36,829 nucleotides of DNA from positions 1 to 36,829 of the forward strand of contig JYFJ02003873.1 in NCBI GenBank assembly GCA_000934665.2. The letters are read 5' to 3'. The DNA comes from Catajapyx aquilonaris. Lineage: Eukaryota. The position numbers and the translations under genes are program-made. Under the pieces are notes generated by a model. It ran no database searches. It was not told where the DNA came from and was given only the letters and a program-made list of their open reading frames with translations. Positions 30,618 to 36,829 of the stretch are shown here, one piece after another. Position 1 is the stretch's first letter, and every line of letters starts with the position of its first letter.

Positions 30618-33600
30618 ATGGCGGCTCTGGCTCAATGGAAAGGTTATCAAAAGGGCATGGAACTGACGGTATGGTTGCAAAATTTGCCTGGGCCTGATGC
30701 CATCAGAGTCAGAGAGACCACAGGTTCCATGAGTCAGGCTGGATCATCAAACATGGAAGATCAGGAGGCTACAAGTACAACTAATGGAACAGTACGCAAG
30801 AGGTCGAACCAAAACATGCCGAAGAGTCATCAGAAGCTGCGGAGACTGCAGCAGGATTGTCCGACATGTCGACGGCAGTACAAATGTACGTTGGTGCATC
30901 ATTATGTTCTGAAGCATTCTGATGTGGAAGTACTCGTCGACATGCCAGAGAAACGTCTGAAGGTTGTAGATATGGATGATAAGACTGAAGTCGCCTGGCC
31001 GGCATGTTGCGGTGTGTGTGGCACACTGGTTCAGTCGAAGGAGAGCTTGTACGATCATGTCTCGTCGCACACAGGCGAATACAGGTACGCTGTGAAATAA
31101 CATTTGCCTACGATTTAACCCAGGATATGCATGGCGCAGTTACACATTTTTATTGTTAAATTATTTAAAAATTTAACACAAAATAATTCAGGCATGTCTG
31201 GGTTATTTTAGTTCTTCATTTGTTCATTAAAAATATCTAAAAAAACTGAACAACAAATAAACCAGGCATAAATATGAGTTAATAACAAATTAAAGTTAGC
31301 CTTTAAAATGTACCGTACTATTTATTGGAATGTCCCTGTCTCCTTGCACCGGTGAGCGAAGAAAAATAGTACACAGTTACTAGAAAACTGATGGTGGTGT
31401 GCCACCCCCCTAAGGGGTAACGTAAATAAAATAAAATAAAATTGGAAGGCAACATTAGGCGGAGGTTTACAATAAATAATTGCATATTATGCATCCCTGT
31501 AGCAGGAAGGTGAACAACTATTTTGCCAGGTTTACACCCAAGTTTTATTTTGTGAATAACATGCGACACCACATTTGGGGCAGGTAAATTTTTAATCGCA
31601 ACAATATAATATGTGATTGCTCACATACATTGAATGGTTGAGGAGCCAGATGAAATTCTAGCACATTTGGATGTGATGGCTTTTGATTAGCCCAGAGAAT
31701 TGGAAAGTTGTATGCTTGAGAGTGACATCACTGCTACCCCCTGTCATGGGTATGAGAAAAATGAATGAACGTCGGAAGCTCCCACTTTGTTCCGACTCGG
31801 CTCTGCCTCTCATTGAAACTCACCGCCACACTCCATATCAACTCAACTGAACACCGCCAGCCTCCCAAGTCGACTGACCACTTCAGATGTTCACTCGTTG
31901 CGGAGAGGCTCACTCTGTCGCTCATCATTTGCATCCACCCTATGCACAACTTCAGGCTTTGCTCCGGAGCACACATGGAATGCTGGACATATTGCATTTC
32001 CCAACATCTCAGACTCGGAAGGGTTTCCTGATGTCTCTGAACCCATCATCGCAAAAGGAAAGACCTATCTGCCAGTCACTGTGACAATGCCTATTGGATG
32101 ATGATGATGAATTGATGATGATGATGATGATGATGATTTATTGAATGCATGAGGCTTTTGTTATTCTTACTAGCAGCATACCCGTTCTTTGCAGGGCGTT
32201 GAAGAATCCTGTTGCTACGGCACGGTGACACTGTTGCCATGGTAACCTGGTTGCTATAGTAACCCTGTTGCCATGGTAATCTGGTTGCTATAGTAACACC
32301 TCCATAGCACTATGGAGGGGGGACAGGGGCAGTAGGGGGGAATGGGACAAACCGACAAACTTCCCCTTTTATATGCATAATATTTATTACATATTGTACC
32401 CCATAGATGACATCCCACGGAAAAAAGCAGTATCTGCGAAACCGTTTTGCAGATACGGCTTTTTTCCATGGGACGGCAGATACTGAGAGGAACTGAAACC
32501 TTTTATAAACCACGAGAAATTCAAATGAGTAATGACGGAAATAGCGCTTCAGATTTGTTATCTCTACGAATAAAATGTTATTTGTTTTAAAGTAATTGTC
32601 ACTCTCTTGCAGATACAGGTGCAGACTGTGCTCCTATCTTGCGTGCAACCCATTTTTCATAACCGGTCGACATGGAGCAAAAGTGCACAAAGGTCATGAG
32701 GACCTCGTGGAAATGCTGGATGATGAAGTGGTCAGTGAGTTTGACGGAACTGCCTACATGTGCACTGAGTGTGGGTTCTACCAACTGAACCGAGCCAATC
32801 TGAAGTCACATATTGATGCAAAGCACCCAACCGGTGGTGTCGCATTAGTATCAGTTGTACTATCGGAGCAAGGTAGGGCCACACCAACTTGTTGTACGAT
32901 CAGCATAGATTCATAACCCGCGTCATAACCAAATAATGCTTCATTCTTAGAGAGTGTCGCAGGACGTCAACCGGAGAGCATTTCGCAGCAATTACAGCAA
33001 CGCCCTGATGCAACGAAGGTAACCAGAGCTAAGAAGCAGAGTGGGAAACCACAGAAAGAGACGACACCAAGTACTGAAGCGAACTGTGAGTTTCGACTTT
33101 AGGTTTCTCTGAGCAATAATATGTTTTGTACAAATCAAAAGCGCGGGACCTTTTTTTTTTTGTCCTGATGAAACTTAATGTCTTGCAGTCGATAAGCCGC
33201 ATTTACATATGTGAGCGATTTATCAGTGATGTTCATCACTGAGCGATGAGAGCAATTGTTTGGGGGCAAAAGCATCTACAACATCGCTGATAAATCAGTC
33301 GCATGTAAATGCTGCTTTACATGAAGATGATTCTGAATGCGGCTCAGTATGATGCATATTCCTGACACTATTTGACAGGCTGGGGTGATGAAAATGATGG
33401 ACGTACGGCACCCTTTCGCATTTTAAGTGTCGTCAGCCTCCATCCCGATGCCTCGGTTCCTGCAGGGACATCACCAGCTGTGAGCTCAATTTGTTGCGGA
33501 CTGATAGCAGTAAAAGATGTAATAAAATCTTGCTCGTAGGTTGCGTCGCCTCCCACTTCCACAACTTCGGCTGCTCCTGGGCCGTCACCTCTTGTTGCGC

Positions 33601-34681
33601 TTCCCTTACAACCTGAATTTTGTCCCGGCTGGCTCCCGTCCCTCAAGCCAACCGATAGCACATTCCTGAATATCTATTCGGCGTCTAAGCTGCGCCGACT
33701 GTTCAAGTGCATGTCTCTAAAGTGCTTCTTCACCACGGACATATGGAAATCATTTCTGTGTCACCTGAACGCACACTGCGGTGGTAGGCAGTTGGATGTG
33801 TCTTTACCGTTGGAGAGGGTGATGTGAGTATGAGCACTGTTGCACTTACTTGTCACTGTTTGCACTTACTTGTCCTTTCCGCAGGGAGTTGGTACTACGG
33901 TGCAGCTACTGCGAGCATGTGGCTGTTACTACGAGAGACTTGGTCGATCATGTCGTTCAGGAGCATGGTCCTTCCAGATACCAATGTTCCAGGTGTTTCT
34001 ACCGCAGCTTAAGTAAAGACTTTATGAGCCTGCACCAACAGGAGAGGCACGGACTTGCTTCAGACAAAATCGGCTGGTTTCAAGTGCCTGTCCTGCCGTT
34101 TGTACCAAATCCCGAGAAGCCAAGACTGAGCCCAAAGTTCAACGAGTTGACTCTTAACTACAAGTGCATGGAATGTAAGGAATGTATGGCAGATATGCCT
34201 AGATTTTCGCTCACATACGGCAGAGTTTTGCTGATGATACCACTGAGTTGAACATTTTTCCGCAGGTGATTGCGAGTATGGGGCGTTCGATTCCAGGAAG
34301 TTCAAGATGCACTTGGAGACCGAGCATGGAGAATGCAGTGCGTACAAGTGCTACATTTGTGATAGCGCACACTCGGATGTTGATATACTCATGCAGGTAA
34401 TGAGTGTGAAAAATGGATTGTCATAAACTGTGTATGACCTGCATATTAACTCTCGATAGCACTACAAGATCCACGGTTTCCGCGAGTACTACTGCTTTTA
34501 TTGCGGAGACAGCTTCGATTTGTTGAACAAAATGAACGCTCATATGCGTGAATGCCATCCGAGTCGACCCGATAAAGTTGTGGTCAGAACTGCGAAGGTG
34601 AGGGAAAGCGGAGGGATCGGCCAGCCTGCCGTCAACAACAAAGTGATTGTGGTAGATGACAGCGACGTTGATGTCCAATAA
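30618..34681 (+). CDS. Multi-C2H2 zinc-finger protein
   Basis: In-frame exons 30618-31084, 32613-32872, 32951-33085, 33379-33479, 33540-33823, 33885-34174, 34266-34396 and 34460-34681. Fingers include CGVCG..HVSSHTGEYRY, CTECG..HIDAKH, CSYCE..HVVQEH, CSRCF..HQQERH and CFYCG..HMRECH. The 3' end is uncertain (possible alternative last exon from ~34770). Confidence 0.87.
31630..32137 (+). mobile_element. Possible degenerate 3' end of a non-LTR retrotransposon in ZnF intron 1
   Basis: Broken reading TRCGEAHSVAHHL..PYAQL resembles the C-terminal CCHC knuckle of LINE ORF2; the segment ends in a (GAT)n tail at 32097-32137. Confidence 0.35.
32170..32378 (-). mobile_element. Helitron-like repeat carrying a 17-bp tandem array of X-box palindromes
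   Basis: CTAG terminus at 32170-32173 with an adjacent AAGAACGGGTATGCTG motif; array at 32233-32297. Confidence 0.55.
32414..32472. repeat. 59-bp hairpin / mini-MITE (CCC...GGG ends)
   Basis: CCCACGGAAAAAAGC.GTATCTGC / GCAGATAC.GCTTTTTTCCATGGG. Confidence 0.7.
33195..33316. mobile_element. Degenerate Harbinger-like MITE in ZnF intron 3
   Basis: AGCCGCATTTACAT..GATTTATCAG / CTGATAAATC..ATGTAAATGCTGCT. Confidence 0.6.
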
Positions 34682-35117
34682 TTTTTAGTACAAGTTAGAG
34701 GGAACGGCAAGGTGAGGCATGTTCCTATGGTGGTTTCTTGTACGGAAATTTTTTTATTGAACATTCTAGGTGTCCGCTGCATCAAAGAGGAGCCAAGGAG
34801 TTGGTCGCACGGCTGAGAGACCCACTGTGTCGTTATAGGCTGTGCATTCAAGGAGTCGATATAGTCAATTGATCTGAGTTTGATCTGATTTAACCCACAT
34901 ATGCCTAATTTATTTAATTTTTTAAGCATATTTTTTTTTAATGAGCAAAGAACTAAAACAATAATTAAAAATTGTGCAATCATACATAGGCATAACTGGG
35001 TTAATAATATTAAGAGTTGATCGCCAAATGAAGTTTGCCGAATTTAATTCCACATGTGCTGCAGAAGGTAATGATGACTCAGAACAAGTGCACAGAAAGT
35101 TTTCACGTTGTCATTAA

Positions 35118-35256
35118 CAAGTCTGAATCATTGTAACGTTTGATCTCATATTTTAGCATAAGTTTTTGGAAGTAATTAGTAGCAATTAAGTAACATGTTC
35201 ACACTTCCATATCGTTGGCACCAAGTCTGAATCATTGTAACGTTTGATCTCATATT
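35118..35256. repeat. 35-bp direct repeat, two copies
   Basis: CAAGTCTGAATCATTGTAACGTTTGATCTCATATT at 35118 and 35222. Confidence 0.8.
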
Positions 35257-35683
35257 AGCAGTTAACATAAGTTTTGAAGTGTCCGAAAGTCTAGTCGGAT
35301 CCAGACTGACATGAAGTACAATGCGCAATGTACCTTGCATTTAAGTCATAATTATCATGTGATGTTAATGCGATTAGTGTGTTACGGCTGATCCAGGCAC
35401 TTTCTGTTAGTTGGTCTTCCAGTAATGTTATTGTGTCAGGTTCAGAGATTAATAGTTGATTACTCGGATTACCAAACGTTTCATGCAAAAAATTTCAAGT
35501 CATATTGTTGTGCACCTTTGACCTTGAAAAAATGCAGTTACAGGAGTCTTTAACAAAAGGTGTGTTGTACTTGTGATAATAAAGTCCTACACCCCGGATG
35601 TAACAGATTAGATAACGGCCTGTGTACTATCAAAAAAAGTCCTATTGTAAGGCGGTGACTAACACTCGGCTTCACTTGCGACA

Positions 35684-36829
35684 ATGAAAGGTCATACCAT
35701 ATTGTTGCTCGCTTGTGTTACGGGAATATTCAGTCCCCTCGTGACCGGAATATGCGTCACACCTGAAGAAATTTCTGGAATTTGTAACGTAAGTATGGAC
35801 ATACTTCTGCATGTCAAAGATAAACCTCTCTCAAGTGTCATGTACAGTAATGCACTAATTCGCAGTGTAAAGAGACACCGAACCCGGACCACTACCTAAG
35901 CTTCTACTGCATGTACGTGAACGACCGTGAGTTGTTCAGAAACGTCACGTCAACTCTGCCTCACTTGTATACCCTCAATGTGATCACTTCTGGTGTGAAC
36001 GGTAAGATCAGCCGGTCGCTGTTTGGTGACCTGCAAGTGCAAGAGTTGTTTCTGGATGCGACTGAGTTCACCGAAGTGGATGAAGACGCTTTCGACGGAA
36101 TGTCCGAGTCGCTTAGGACGCTCCAGATATGTAAGTACTGAATGCGATTGAATGCAGTGCGAGTCATACGCTTTTTCCATCCACAGCCGCCACCAGCAAC
36201 ATGAGCGTCTTCCCATTCCGAGTGACCAACAACCTGACCAAACTTCACGACCTGTGGCTTCAGTCGAACCAACTGGAGGAAATACCTGATGGTGCGCTGT
36301 CCTCACCGCATCCAACCCTGGCGTACTTGGACTTCTCTCACAACCACATCCGCCGGATAGGACCTAGGGCCTTCTCAGGTCTGGTCAACCTACAGCAGAT
36401 TAACCTGCAGGTCAACCATCTTCACGAACTTGCACCACAAAGCTTCCATTTCGACCAGAGGCTGAAGTTCACCAAGTTCTTCCTGGATTACAATGACATC
36501 GAGTACATCAGTCCGGACGCCTTAAGGAACTTGGGCGGATTCGTAATTCAACTGGAGCACAACCGGTTGATTCATATTAAAGAAGATACATTCCGGCCGC
36601 TGATCGACAACTCCAATTCGTCAGCCGTGGATCTCTCAGGTATGTGTCCGTTTCAAACCTAATTGAAACAATGATAACTGCATGATTTCAGACAACAAAC
36701 TTGAATGCGACTGCACCGAAGCGTGGCTCGTCGACGGATCTCCATACGGACAATCCTTCTGGGACGCAACATGCAGTAACCTAGGAAGTCCGCTCGACCA
36801 GCAGACCAAGGTTACATTGGGCGGATGCC
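35684..36829 (+). CDS. Extracellular LRR protein (LRR-D), cut by the window end
   Basis: Exons 35684-35788, 35866-36130, 36187-36639 and 36692->end; same phases as LRR-A/B/C. Signal peptide, RAFSGLVNL and DNKLECDCTEAWLVDGSPY. Confidence 0.92.

Overview
Eukaryotic, intron-rich window, very probably arthropod (a B52-type SR gene, divergent ionotropic receptors, many 55-110 nt introns); the taxon cannot be narrowed further from the sequence alone. From left to right: (1) the 5' part of the SR splicing-factor gene B52/SRp55 (SRSF4/5/6 family, minus strand), with an apparent 1-nt frameshift in its first coding exon; (2) three tandem, minus-strand, 4-exon extracellular LRR genes, two of which each have a convergent tRNA-Ser(AGA)/tRNA-Ser(UGA) pair at their 3' end; (3) three divergent ionotropic receptor (IR) genes, one apparently nested on the same strand inside the intron of another; (4) two tandem paralogs encoding ~100-aa single-pass membrane proteins I do not recognise; (5) a multi-exon C2H2 zinc-finger gene; (6) a fourth LRR paralog in inverted orientation that runs off the right end. 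Introns and spacers hold many MITEs (P/hAT-like, Tc1/mariner-like, PIF/Harbinger-like, CACTA-like) and Helitron-like repeats, some carrying RFX X-box palindromes. No definitively new system is demonstrable. The best leads are the LRR+tRNA-pair module, the nested IR, the orphan microprotein pair and the variable LRR family with invariant motifs. All gene models were spliced by hand, with no expression or database support.
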